Below, piece by piece: positions 11,083-20,755 of a stretch of 64,000 nt of DNA; the stretch's first letter is position 1, and every line of letters starts with the position of its first letter. A model generated the notes under the pieces. The model saw only the letters and a program-made list of their open reading frames with translations, ran no database searches and was not told the origin of the DNA. This stretch comes from a bacterium (GTDB taxonomy: Bacteria; Zixibacteria; MSB-5A5; GN15; FEB-12), in contig JBDRNJ010000064.1 of the NCBI GenBank assembly GCA_043811375.1, positions 64,001-128,000 of the forward strand, in the 5' to 3' direction. Made by a program: the position numbers and the translations under genes.

Positions 11083-11384
11083 ATTTCCTCCACTCCGATT
11101 CAAGAAACCGTTATGGCTCGCTCGGTCATGCTTTCCCTGTCAGGAACGAACCGACCTGCTCCTCACTTACTTAATATACCATCACCATCGAACATAATTC
11201 AACAAAACATATTAGCCGGGGTTGGGGTTCGGTAATCTGCCCGGAAAGGCCGTTCTTAGCACGCCGGCATTGACAGCAATCGACCCTGGCGTAGTCACCA
11301 GTGTCCAAAGAAGGTCTTGTCAAAGGACATTCAGAAAAGTACATTTATTGCAGTCAAAGGGACAGTCCAACAGTAAGGTAGAAT

Positions 11385-11876
11385 ATGTCTGAGAAGAAAC
11401 TATCAGCATCGGAAATCGAGGTAGTGAAATTCCGTTCGAGTTACGCTCACAAGTTTCGAGACATCAACTACGAATGGCTAGAAGAGTATTTCGAGATCGA
11501 ACCCTATGACAGGATAGTGCTCAACGACCCGCAGAAGCAGATCATCGGGTTGGGAGGAGTGGTGTTTCTGGCTCAGGTGGCGGGGGAGATAGTGGGGACC
11601 GGGGCGCTGTTGAAACACACTCCCGTCAAGTATGAATTGGCCAAGATGGGTGTCGTTAAGAGTTTTCGTGGTCGTGGTGTCGGTCGCCGTCTGACAAACG
11701 AGGCTATTGTTCGAGCCCGTCGGTTGGGGGCGGAAACCCTGGTGTTAGCCACCAGCAAGCAACTTGAGGCCGCCAATCATCTTTACCAGTCGCTCGGTTT
11801 TGAATACGTTGATCTGTCGGTGATCGGCCCCTTACCGTACAAGCGCGAAACCATTGTCATGGCCCTGAAGCTCTAA
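11385..11876 (+). CDS. GNAT family N-acetyltransferase
   Basis: ELAKMGV..SFRGRGVGRRL acetyl-CoA motif; ANHLYQSLGF. Confidence 0.9.
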   Translation: MSEKKLSASEIEVVKFRSSYAHKFRDINYEWLEEYFEIEPYDRIVLNDPQKQIIGLGGVVFLAQVAGEIVGTGALLKHTPVKYELAKMGVVKSFRGRGVGRRLTNEAIVRARRLGAETLVLATSKQLEAANHLYQSLGFEYVDLSVIGPLPYKRETIVMALKL

Positions 11877-11940
11877 CGGACAGTATTCGCGCGTGCTCTT
11901 GGGAGTCAACCCCGCCGGGTTCGAGTATGCAAGAAGGCTG

Positions 11941-12261
11941 TTACTCGGCGTTGAGCAGATCGAAGGGATTAAAAATGCTCTTCATGACCGGATCAATCTC
12001 TTCCTTTCGATAGGCCCGGTAAGTTTGGGTCTTAACATTACCCAGGGTGCTCAGACTGTATGAGTGGGCCATGGCATCCTCTTCCTTGTTGACTTCGAAG
12101 ATGTGGATCACGTCGTACGGTCCATTAGTCCAGAAAGTGTCAATTATCTTGATGCCCTGCTTCTCCGCCACTTTGGCGAATGCTTCCGCCCTGGCGGTGC
12201 TTTTACCCAGTGACCGGGCTCCTTCTTCGGTAAATGTCATCAGGGGAATATACGTTGCCAT
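11941..12261 (-). CDS. GYD domain protein
   Basis: MATYI.LM.FT.EG...FWT.GPYDVI...GNVKTQT pattern; GGAGG RBS. Confidence 0.85.
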   Translation of the reverse strand: MATYIPLMTFTEEGARSLGKSTARAEAFAKVAEKQGIKIIDTFWTNGPYDVIHIFEVNKEEDAMAHSYSLSTLGNVKTQTYRAYRKEEIDPVMKSIFNPFDLLNAE

Positions 12262-12654
12262 GTTTCCTCCAGTGCCAAGATTAGATATTCCGGTTTTTTC
12301 CCGTGTCTTGGCTGCAGCCACGACAGAGAGAACTTATCCTGCAACTGAAATTAGGCGGTCAGGGCAGGTATGGCAAGAAAAACTATCGGTCCCGATTTCC
12401 GTTATCCGGCTGCCGGTGTTAGTAAATCACCCCGGGTTGCTGCTCGACTGATTCGCTCCGAGTTTGGATTTCAGGAACGCCGGTACGCCCCATTGCAATG
12501 TAATACATAGTGGGACAACCACTTATATCTGTTGACGTGTGGCTGGTCGGTTCGGCGGGTCCGGCTGAAGGTGATTGACCTGAGAGTGAAGAAATAACCG
12601 GCAGCCATTGTACATTATCTAACCGATAGCCGCGAAACATTTTGTAATTAACTC

Positions 12655-12683
12655 TGGACTTTGTTATTTAGAACCGATATATT
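12655..12683 (+). promoter_or_regulatory. Putative sigma70 promoter of RRM gene 1
   Basis: TGGACT-N17-TATATT, at the same relative position as the promoter of the paralog. Confidence 0.55.
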
Positions 12684-12864
12684 TAGTGACCAAAACTGGT
12701 TTCTATCACTGCTTTTGCTGAGGCTTTGTTCTTTCAACTTAATCTCTGAAAAGGCTGAGTTTGGGAACCGACGCGCAATGGTGCGCTTAAACGGGTTTAT
12801 CTCGACGAAAGCAGTCCCTGCGGGATGAGGTTTCGGGTGGGGATAAGCAAGACCGGAGTGTAGA

Positions 12865-13200
12865 ATGAACATCTACGTAGGTAACCTGTCGTTTGATACG
12901 ACAGAAGAGCAATTACGTCAGGCGTTTGAGGGCTTTGGAGAAGTCTCGAGCATCAACATCATCAAGGACAAGTACACCGGCGAACCAAGAGGATTTGGTT
13001 TCGTGGAGATGCCCGACGGAGAACAGTCCCAAGCCGCTATCGCCGGCTTGAACGGTCAGGACTTGAACGGGCGTACGTTGAATGTTAACGAGGCACGCCC
13101 GCGCGCCGATAGAGGCGGCGGCGGCGGTGGTCGTGGTGGCGGTGGTGGCCGCGGCGGCGGCGGCGGTCGTGGCGGCAACCAGCGTCGTCGGACCTGGTAA
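12865..13200 (+). CDS. RRM (RNP-1) RNA-binding protein with Gly/Arg-rich tail
   Basis: RNP2 IYVGNL, RNP1 RGFGFVEM, GGRGG tail. Confidence 0.95.
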   Translation: MNIYVGNLSFDTTEEQLRQAFEGFGEVSSINIIKDKYTGEPRGFGFVEMPDGEQSQAAIAGLNGQDLNGRTLNVNEARPRADRGGGGGGRGGGGGRGGGGGRGGNQRRRTW

Positions 13201-13247
13201 TGGATTTCGAGTTTACCGCTCGTAATTACGAAAACTTCATTTGTTAG

Positions 13248-13278
13248 AAGGAGACCGGCTTGAGCCGGTCTCCTTTGT
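13248..13278 (+). terminator. Intrinsic terminator
   Basis: AAGGAGACCGGCT-TG-AGCCGGTCTCCTT inverted repeat followed by T-rich sequence. Confidence 0.8.
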
Positions 13279-13506
13279 ATTTCTTGATTGTCGGTTTGGT
13301 AACCCGGATAATGCCAATTGTAGTCACCGTACTAAATGTATTCGGGCAACAATCGGGACAGCTTTACTCGTCAACGTAATCAATTGTAATCCATGGACAT
13401 ACAGCTCTACAAGGGTAAATGGTGTGGTCGGAATGGATGCCGGGAAGTCTGCCCGGGGAAACCGGCAGGGAAAAATAGTTTATTGAAACTATGTTTATTG
13501 AAACTA

Positions 13507-13535
13507 TTGACTTTATTACCATTAACCGATATAAA
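13507..13535 (+). promoter_or_regulatory. Putative sigma70 promoter of RRM gene 2
   Basis: TTGACT-N17-TATAAA. Confidence 0.65.
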
Positions 13536-13718
13536 CAACAGTTACATTTGGTTTCCGTCAATGCTTTTGTCGAGGCTTTGTTAAATTTCCTGTCAAATAA
13601 TCGGTAAAGCTGAATCTGGGGACCGCCGCGCAATAGTGCGCATTAATACGTTTGGCTTTACAGGCTTATCCTGCATGGCATAGAGTCTGTATCGGAACAA
13701 ACAAGACCGGAGTGTAGA

Positions 13719-14027
13719 ATGAATATCTACATTGGCAACCTGTCGTACGACACGACGGAAGAACAGTTACGTCAGGCGTTTGAAGACTTCGGAGAAGTCT
13801 CAAGCGTCAATATCATCAAGGACAAATACACCGGCGAATCAAGAGGATTTGCATTCGTGGAAATGCCTGACGAAGATAAGGCTCAGTCGGCAATCACCGG
13901 TGTGAACACCCAGGAATTGAACGGGCGCACGTTGAATGTCAACGAAGCGCGTCCGCGCAATGACGACCGCGGCGACCGTGGTGGTCGTGGTGGTGGTGGC
14001 GGTGGTTATCGCCAACACAACTGGTAG
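13719..14027 (+). CDS. RRM (RNP-1) RNA-binding protein, tandem paralog
   Basis: IYIGNL, RGFAFVEM; very similar to 12865..13200. Confidence 0.95.
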   Translation: MNIYIGNLSYDTTEEQLRQAFEDFGEVSSVNIIKDKYTGESRGFAFVEMPDEDKAQSAITGVNTQELNGRTLNVNEARPRNDDRGDRGGRGGGGGGYRQHNW

Positions 14028-14075
14028 AAATGCCAACTGGTGTACCGGCAGGTACATCAGTGCTTGATACGATGT

Positions 14076-14110
14076 AAACGAGGTCGACTCCATGCCGACC
14101 TCGTTTTTTT
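14076..14110 (+). terminator. Intrinsic terminator
   Basis: AAACGAGGTCG-N9-CGACCTCGTTT followed by a T run. Confidence 0.8.
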
Positions 14111-14811
14111 GTTTCCTAACCTGGATGAATCTCCGCCCGGTGGCAGGTGACCGTGCCTGATGGTGGATACGACAATGGTAGTTCTATCCGGTGTCAGCCA
14201 GAGTCGGCTGACACCACAGAATGAACAAAGCCGTCTCCTATTATGTATATAAGTGCCGTCAGGTGACTCGAGGTTGTACCACAAGTCAGCTTTGAGTGCA
14301 TTTAACGTTGCATCTAATAAATCGTCACTCGGTAAACCCGCGTAGCGGCGGGCTTTATGTCCGCCGGTGGCATCGCCACTTCTATTAGCGGGAGACAACC
14401 CCCCGCTCTACGCGCGTTAGAATAATTACCTTTTGGGACAGCCTCACTCTACCTGACGGCACCCGGTCAACCGCAACCGCCAGGAAAGGATTCCTGGCGG
14501 CGCTTTGTATCAACGTCATACTGAGCGGAGTCGAAATCGGGGGCAGGTCAAGGTCGTCAAGTTCAATTGTGGAGCAGGTCTCGGCTCCGATCAGATCGGC
14601 TACGACCTTGGCACCTTCTTCGATACAGCCGACATAGAACAGCATTTTCGCCAGGTGGAGTGCGACTGTTCGGTATTGCACCGGGCTGAGTCACATTATA
14701 TTGACATGGTTTCCGTATCTGCCTAACTTGCGGGCCGGAGCCGATGGACACCGTGGCGACCGGACCGGGTGGCGGTGTCAGATTGGTGAGTCGAGGCTCT
14801 GGGAGGAGGTC

Positions 14812-16026
14812 TTGCTGCACTATAGTCGACGACAGTTCCTGCGTGCGTCGCTGGGGGCTTCAGCCGGGTTGGTTGGGATCGGTCCGCTCCTGTCCGGGCT
14901 AGGGTGTACTTACCGCAGCAGACTGCCGGTCAGTCGCCCCGATCGGCGAGTACTGGCCGATCTTCATGTTCATGCTATGACCAACGCCTGGAATCGTACT
15001 ACCCCTTTGGCGGTCAAGTATCCGGCCCTGGTGAGACTGGTGGAGAGATTCGCCAACAAAACCGGCATGGACTGGGAGGATTGTCACGCTGCGGGTATCG
15101 ATCTGATTTGTGTTGCTCATTTCAATGTTTTTGACGAATGGCTGTCGATGCCAACCGACCCTAATCCGGAGGCACCGGTGAACACGTTGCGTATGATGGA
15201 TCAGTTGGAGGAGGAGCTGAACGGCCCGACTCGGCCATACGCCCGGTTAGCGGTGAATCGCAGCGAACTGGGTGAATTGCTGAAGATTCCCAAGTCCAGC
15301 CCGGAGTATCGCATTGCAGTGATACATACTCTGGAGGGTGGTCATGCGCTGGGGGGTGATATAGCCTCTCTGGAGCAGTTCGCTCGGCGCGGTGTGGCGA
15401 TGATCTGCCTGACGCACTTTTTCAACAAAGGAATTGCCTCGGCGGCCAACGCCTATCCGTATTTCCCCGATGACAACAGCCGCCGAACGCACCAGGGGCT
15501 CAGCGGATTGGGTCGGGAAGTTGTGACTGAAATGGAGAGACTGGGAATCATTGTTGACGTTACCCATGCCACGGCTACCGCGGTGGAGGATATTCTCAAG
15601 GCGGCCAAGCGACCACTGGTGGCCAGCCATTGCACCGCGCAGACTCTGAGTGATCATCCCTACTCGCTACTGGATGAACATATACAGCAGATCGCACACG
15701 ACGGGGGTGTCGTTGGAGTCATTGTCGACCCGTATCTGCTTTCCAATTACGCCACCGTTCATGACTCCGAACGGGGGGGTGGTCTCCGTGACGTTGTGCG
15801 AATGGTGCGCTACATTGTAAAATTGTGCGGCAACCACCGGCAGGTGGCTATCGGCAGCGATTTCGCCGGTTATATTGTAGCTCCCTCGGACATGGATCGG
15901 TTGAGCCAGATTGACCGCCTGAGTAGCATGCTGATGGATGAGTTCGGCAGCCGAAGTGTGGTCGAGGACATCATGGCCAACAACGTCATTGATTTCATCC
16001 AGACGAACTGGCGGGCAGGGGGCTGA
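14812..16026 (+). CDS. Tat-exported membrane dipeptidase (peptidase M19, amidohydrolase fold)
   Basis: GGAGGAGG RBS before TTG 14812; SRRQFL twin-arginine signal; DLHVH, LEGGH, DVTH, ASH and IGSDFAG motifs. Confidence 0.85.
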   Translation: MLHYSRRQFLRASLGASAGLVGIGPLLSGLGCTYRSRLPVSRPDRRVLADLHVHAMTNAWNRTTPLAVKYPALVRLVERFANKTGMDWEDCHAAGIDLICVAHFNVFDEWLSMPTDPNPEAPVNTLRMMDQLEEELNGPTRPYARLAVNRSELGELLKIPKSSPEYRIAVIHTLEGGHALGGDIASLEQFARRGVAMICLTHFFNKGIASAANAYPYFPDDNSRRTHQGLSGLGREVVTEMERLGIIVDVTHATATAVEDILKAAKRPLVASHCTAQTLSDHPYSLLDEHIQQIAHDGGVVGVIVDPYLLSNYATVHDSERGGGLRDVVRMVRYIVKLCGNHRQVAIGSDFAGYIVAPSDMDRLSQIDRLSSMLMDEFGSRSVVEDIMANNVIDFIQTNWRAGG

Positions 16027-16027
16027 G

Positions 16028-17686
16028 ATGGTCAAGCGCCTGGCGGTCTTATGTCTGATTTCGGCTCTGCTCTGTGGCATTATGGTTAATGCCGTTGAGA
16101 CCGGGGAGGGAGAGGAACATCGTCTGCTGGGCGATTCGGTCTACCACCCGATTATGCGTCTGTGTGCCACGCCGCTGGCTGATGCGGCTTATCGAATTGG
16201 GAACGGACCGGGCAGCTTGATAGTGCCCGACACGCTGCATAACGGGCTTAGCTTCGGACAGTTGTGTTCCTTGAGTGCGGCGGATGATCTGGCCCGGGAC
16301 CGGTTCCATGAAAGAGGCCGAACAGTGCTGCACCAACTGAGCCGGCTCACCGCCGAGCGGATAGCTGCGGTCTGGCAGATCGTGTCGGTTGATGCGACCG
16401 ACACGATCTGCTACCGGATTGCAAGTGGACGGAATTCGAGTCAGAATGTGCTGAGTTCGTATCTCCTGCACCATCTGATGGCGTTACGTTTGGCCGGAAG
16501 GACTGCCGACGGAGTTCTCTCGGAGCAACAAGGTCTGCTTCGCGCCCTGAGCTGGGAGGCTGCCGCTCAGGGTTTTCTGGTCGACGCCTTCTCGTCCGGA
16601 CACCTGCTGGTCGATCAGCAGGACCCCTGGTGGCGGTGGCAGCGACGTAACCGGATCGAGGCGCACCACTACCATCGTGACCAGGGTGTGTACGTGATCA
16701 ACTCCCGCGGCGATGTCTGGCGAACCTATGGTGACCGGCTGATGCACTGGCATGCTCCTGCCTACCGCGCGGTTGTTCAAGCCGGCCGGTCTTCGCTGCA
16801 GGAGGTCCTGGCAGTATTCTTTCTAATGTCAGGATTTGGTCTGCCAGAGCAGTTGAGTTCCTGGCTTGATTCCATGGCGCTCGAGATCTTACCGCAGCAG
16901 TGGGTGTCGTCGTGGCTGTTCCAACGGGCCGGGGCCGACTACTACGCCACACTCCGTTTGCCGACGCTGTTGCTCTTGCCGATGCCGGTATCAGCCACCT
17001 GGAGTGTGCGCACTCAAGAGCGGGACGAGTACGGCGTCAGACGGCATCATCACTTCCCGCAGTTGAGCGATCCGGGTCTGCATGATCCGGATCTGAGCGG
17101 TATCGACACCGAGTTTCTGTATCCACGCTCGGCTGTGCCGGAGTGGATGATTCCGGTGCCGTTGCGGGGTGATCTGCCGCGCCCGGTGGACTCACTCATA
17201 AAGAACGATCCCGACTGGGCCTCAGTACGCTGGGTGCAGAATCGGTATGCTCTTCCCAGCTACAAGGGGGCGCTGGTGCATCTCGGCGGACAGGTAACCA
17301 GCGTTAATGGTGCTTGGCGGTCGGGTGCATTGCTGGGTCTTGGTTACGGGTTCTGGGACGATCTGATTGTCGTGAAAAACGTTTCAGTCAGCGCTGTCCT
17401 TCAGAACTCTGCGATCGAATGGGGTAAGTTGCTGCTGGTGCCATCGGTGGGCGGTGGTCTGGCCACAGGTTCCGGACGGATAAAGGCTCTGCGGTTTGAA
17501 ACCGGGCTGGCAATAGACTTAAGCTCAGACGGTCACGGTATCGGCAGTATGGCAGCGATTGGTATTGACAGCCGCGTCTACGCGCTTCGATTCACCAACG
17601 CCGGTATATCATGGCGACTGAAATACCAGTGGTTTAATCTGAAAGGACTGCGGCACGGTCCCTGCCTGGAACTGCTGCTGCATTGA
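16028..17686 (+). CDS. Secreted protein with zinc phospholipase C-like motifs and a probable C-terminal beta-strand domain
   Basis: Signal peptide; EEH after the signal; FLVDAFSSGH; H..DQGVYVINSRGDVWRTYGD. Confidence 0.5.
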   Translation: MVKRLAVLCLISALLCGIMVNAVETGEGEEHRLLGDSVYHPIMRLCATPLADAAYRIGNGPGSLIVPDTLHNGLSFGQLCSLSAADDLARDRFHERGRTVLHQLSRLTAERIAAVWQIVSVDATDTICYRIASGRNSSQNVLSSYLLHHLMALRLAGRTADGVLSEQQGLLRALSWEAAAQGFLVDAFSSGHLLVDQQDPWWRWQRRNRIEAHHYHRDQGVYVINSRGDVWRTYGDRLMHWHAPAYRAVVQAGRSSLQEVLAVFFLMSGFGLPEQLSSWLDSMALEILPQQWVSSWLFQRAGADYYATLRLPTLLLLPMPVSATWSVRTQERDEYGVRRHHHFPQLSDPGLHDPDLSGIDTEFLYPRSAVPEWMIPVPLRGDLPRPVDSLIKNDPDWASVRWVQNRYALPSYKGALVHLGGQVTSVNGAWRSGALLGLGYGFWDDLIVVKNVSVSAVLQNSAIEWGKLLLVPSVGGGLATGSGRIKALRFETGLAIDLSSDGHGIGSMAAIGIDSRVYALRFTNAGISWRLKYQWFNLKGLRHGPCLELLLH

Positions 17687-17709
17687 TCAGTGGTAGGGTA
17701 TCGGCCGGG

Positions 17710-19149
17710 TCACTCAATAGGCATCCGCAAGGTGACCGCCGTACCTGTTTGCGGTGTGCTGGATAAGTCGATCTTTCCGCTGTGGTTTTCCATGATCCGG
17801 TAACAGATCGAAAGCCCCAGCCCGGTACCCACTCCGACACCTTTGGTGGTGTAGCCGGGATCAAAAGCCTGCTGCAGTTCTTCGGGCCGCATCCCTTGGC
17901 CGGTGTCGGCAATTCGAATGACTGCCCAGTTTTCCTCCTGCCGCGTGCTGACGGTTATGGTTCCTTCGCGCTCGATTGCCTCGACCGAGTTTAGCAGCAC
18001 ATTCATGAGAATCTGGTTAAATTGACCCGGATAACAGTTCACCGAAGGCAGCTCTTGGAAGTCCCTGACGACGTGGATGTTCTTCTCGGTCGGCATAGGC
18101 AGAATCGTCAGTGAGCTCTCAATACCTTCATGCAGGTCGACCGGTTTGCGCTCAGCCTCGTCCAGACGGGCGAAATTGCGCAAAGCCCGGATGACGGAAT
18201 CAATGCGATGGGTGGCCTCAAGCGTGACAGTGTTCATGTTCGACAGCAATTGTATCGAACGCTGAAGGTCGCCGGTAGCAACTTCCTCGTCCGGGACAAA
18301 TCCGCTCTCGAGAGCCCGGCAGGCGTTTTCCAGAGAGCGCGAGGCCAGGTGGGCGTTGGAATGAATGGCGCCCAGCGGTGTGTTGATCTCATGGGCGATG
18401 CCGGCTACCAGGCTGCCTATTGAGGCCATCTTGGCTGATTGTACCAGTTGAGCCTGAGTGTCGCGCAGTTTGCGATTGGTGACTGCTAACTGGCGACGAG
18501 CCAGATGCTGGTGGAAACGACTGCCATACAGAAGACAGCCAATACCACAGGTGGCGAGCGCAAACAGCACCAAAAAGACGAGAGTTTCCAATGAGCTGGA
18601 AACCGATTGCCAGCCGGTCAGGGCGGGTAAGTACTCTACCGACAAAATATAGAGACCGAGAATGGTGGTGCTGATGGCCAGTGTCTGCCAGGCGCGGAAA
18701 GGGATCATCGCAGAAACAAACATCATCAGCGCCAGCCAACCGACGGTCAGAGAGATGTCAGCCCCGGCGATGTCATCGACGATAATGGCCTGACTGGATA
18801 CAATGAGCATCACTGCGATAGTCAGGCGACCCCATCTGGCGCCCCAACTGATTCTGGCCAACAACAGTGACACAACACCGAGGGTCACTATCAGCAACTT
18901 ATCCCAGATCACTATAACGGTCTGGGGGGCGATCTGATCATAACGCAGGGAAAGCCGATTGTCGGCCAGCAGCAGATGCATCAGGGTGTATATGATGGGG
19001 ATTGTAATGCCCAATATGCCGGCAGCGTGCATGCTGGTGGTCAGTGACCGTAGAATGGTGGTGCGAAAAGTGAGGTCCTTTTCCGCGTCGTGCGGAGCCA
19101 GGAAGGGACGGCGAGTTTTTCTGCTGTCAGCGGATCGACTCATAATCAA
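17710..19149 (-). CDS. Membrane-bound sensor histidine kinase
   Basis: Multiple TM helices; AGIAHEINTP H-box; NVLLNS, DTGQG and GTGLGL boxes. Confidence 0.92.
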   Translation of the reverse strand: MIMSRSADSRKTRRPFLAPHDAEKDLTFRTTILRSLTTSMHAAGILGITIPIIYTLMHLLLADNRLSLRYDQIAPQTVIVIWDKLLIVTLGVVSLLLARISWGARWGRLTIAVMLIVSSQAIIVDDIAGADISLTVGWLALMMFVSAMIPFRAWQTLAISTTILGLYILSVEYLPALTGWQSVSSSLETLVFLVLFALATCGIGCLLYGSRFHQHLARRQLAVTNRKLRDTQAQLVQSAKMASIGSLVAGIAHEINTPLGAIHSNAHLASRSLENACRALESGFVPDEEVATGDLQRSIQLLSNMNTVTLEATHRIDSVIRALRNFARLDEAERKPVDLHEGIESSLTILPMPTEKNIHVVRDFQELPSVNCYPGQFNQILMNVLLNSVEAIEREGTITVSTRQEENWAVIRIADTGQGMRPEELQQAFDPGYTTKGVGVGTGLGLSICYRIMENHSGKIDLSSTPQTGTAVTLRMPIE

Positions 19150-19484
19150 TATCTCCGGCCGGTCTGCGTTGCCGGCGTTCGGACCGAGCTAGATAACCTT
19201 GGGGTTAATATAGGGTCCAGCGCGCTTGAGGCAAGTTCGGATGTGCTTTGGGAAATCGCCGGGCGGCACCCGGTACGGGTGCCGCTGTACTGATCGAGCG
19301 GAAGTTGAACCCCTTTTGATTTCAGGAATCGCAAATACCCAATAGAGTGGGAGTAAACCATTCTAAAGAATGAGTGAAAGACGGTTCTACTCAGTGGGTT
19401 GGCAAGGAATGCCCCAATGGTGGCGCTACGCAAGTCGCATGTTGTGGGCGCCGCATGTGGTTTCAGGTGATCCGTCAAATTCAT
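19146..19484 (-). CDS. Hypothetical protein, possibly truncated
   Basis: GAGGAAG RBS and upstream TTGACA-N17-TATCCT (19502-19530); overlaps the kinase start by 4 nt. Confidence 0.45.
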   Translation of the reverse strand: MNLTDHLKPHAAPTTCDLRSATIGAFLANPLSRTVFHSFFRMVYSHSIGYLRFLKSKGVQLPLDQYSGTRTGCRPAISQSTSELASSALDPILTPRLSSSVRTPATQTGRRY

Positions 19485-19809
19485 CTTCCTCGCGCTACCA
19501 CAGGATAGGACGGCATGGTGCTTCTGTCAAGCCGGTTAAGAGGTTACGCTATGCGGGAGATCGATAATACGGCTCCGCGTGTAACTCTATGTCCACAAGT
19601 GATCCCACTGAAACAGGAAGAGGGTATTTCCGGCAGATTGCTATACTGCTTGTTGAGCAGAACGCGTTTCCTCATTCGCGAGTGCAGCAACAGAAAAGAC
19701 TTGCATGGAAGGGTTATTAGGTCGATAGTTACAGCAGTCTGAATCGATAGACTGACGAACTTCGTGGAAGCTCAATTACGAGAAAGACAATAGGACCTGG
19801 TCTTTGACT

Positions 19810-20754
19810 ATGACGGACACAATGTCGTACCTGCGAGTGTCGTTGCTGCGCGGCTGCAACATGCGCTGTTTTTACTGTCGTCCTGCTGGTGCGGATGCCG
19901 ATATGGTTGATGCCCCGGTTGAGCGGAGACGGTTCGAAGCCGCTATCAAAGTGCTCCACCTGACCGGTGTACGAAAGGTGCGTTTCACCGGTGGCGAGCC
20001 GACCCTGTATAAAGATATGATCCGGCTGGCTTCTTTCACGAGGAACCTTGATGAGGGCATCCACGTGGCTATGACTACCAACGGGGTCCGGTTGTCGAAG
20101 CTGGCCGAACAGCTCGGCTCCGCCGGAGTCAACAGCATTAATATCAGTCTCGATTCTCTGCGGCGCGACAGATTTCATCGTATCACTGCCAGGGACTGGC
20201 TGAACAATGTGTTGGGCGGCATCGAGGCAGCCATCAAGCACATCCCGGTGGTAAAATTGAATTGTGTAATGATGCGCGGCATTAACGACGATGAAGCGGG
20301 CAGCATGATTGCGTTCGCCAACGATCTCGGGGTAACTATCAGGTTCATCGAGTTCATGCCCTCCCGAACGACCGGCGCCATCAAACGCTGGTATGTTTCC
20401 GGTGATGAGATCAGGGAGCGGGTCGGGTATTCGTTCCTGCCGGTCGGGGTCGATCCGACATCGGCGGCACGGTACTACCGTTCCGGGGATCTGGATATTT
20501 TAGTCGGCTTCATCAATCCGGTAAGCCATCCTTTTTGCGCCAATTGCAACCGTCTCCGTCTGGCCTCCGACGGCAAGCTGTATGGTTGTCTGTTCTCCGA
20601 CCGGGCCATAGATTTATTCGAGGCTCTTGACGCAGGACGTGAGCAGGCGTTGAGGAAAATCGCCGACCTGGTGGAGTCAAAGCGTTTTCAGGGTTGCTCC
20701 GGCGCTATCCGTGCCGGCGAAGCATTGCCGTCTTTTGTCGGAATCGGGGGTTGA
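19810..20754 (+). CDS. moaA: GTP 3',8-cyclase (radical SAM)
   Basis: YLRVS...CNMRCFYC; FTGGEP; FCANCNRLRL...C; C-terminal IGG. Confidence 0.95.
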   Translation: MTDTMSYLRVSLLRGCNMRCFYCRPAGADADMVDAPVERRRFEAAIKVLHLTGVRKVRFTGGEPTLYKDMIRLASFTRNLDEGIHVAMTTNGVRLSKLAEQLGSAGVNSINISLDSLRRDRFHRITARDWLNNVLGGIEAAIKHIPVVKLNCVMMRGINDDEAGSMIAFANDLGVTIRFIEFMPSRTTGAIKRWYVSGDEIRERVGYSFLPVGVDPTSAARYYRSGDLDILVGFINPVSHPFCANCNRLRLASDGKLYGCLFSDRAIDLFEALDAGREQALRKIADLVESKRFQGCSGAIRAGEALPSFVGIGG

Positions 20755-20755
20755 C

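Noticed and set aside
11890..11932. GGTTCGAG resembling a tRNA T-loop
   Set aside because: No cloverleaf can be built; more likely a hairpin between convergent genes
14190..14215. Perfect 10-bp inverted repeat GGTGTCAGCC/GGCTGACACC
   Set aside because: Single copy with no U-tract or associated gene; no function can be supported
14385..14726. Overlapping short ORFs on both strands
   Set aside because: No recognisable motif or convincing RBS; cannot tell which, if either, is real
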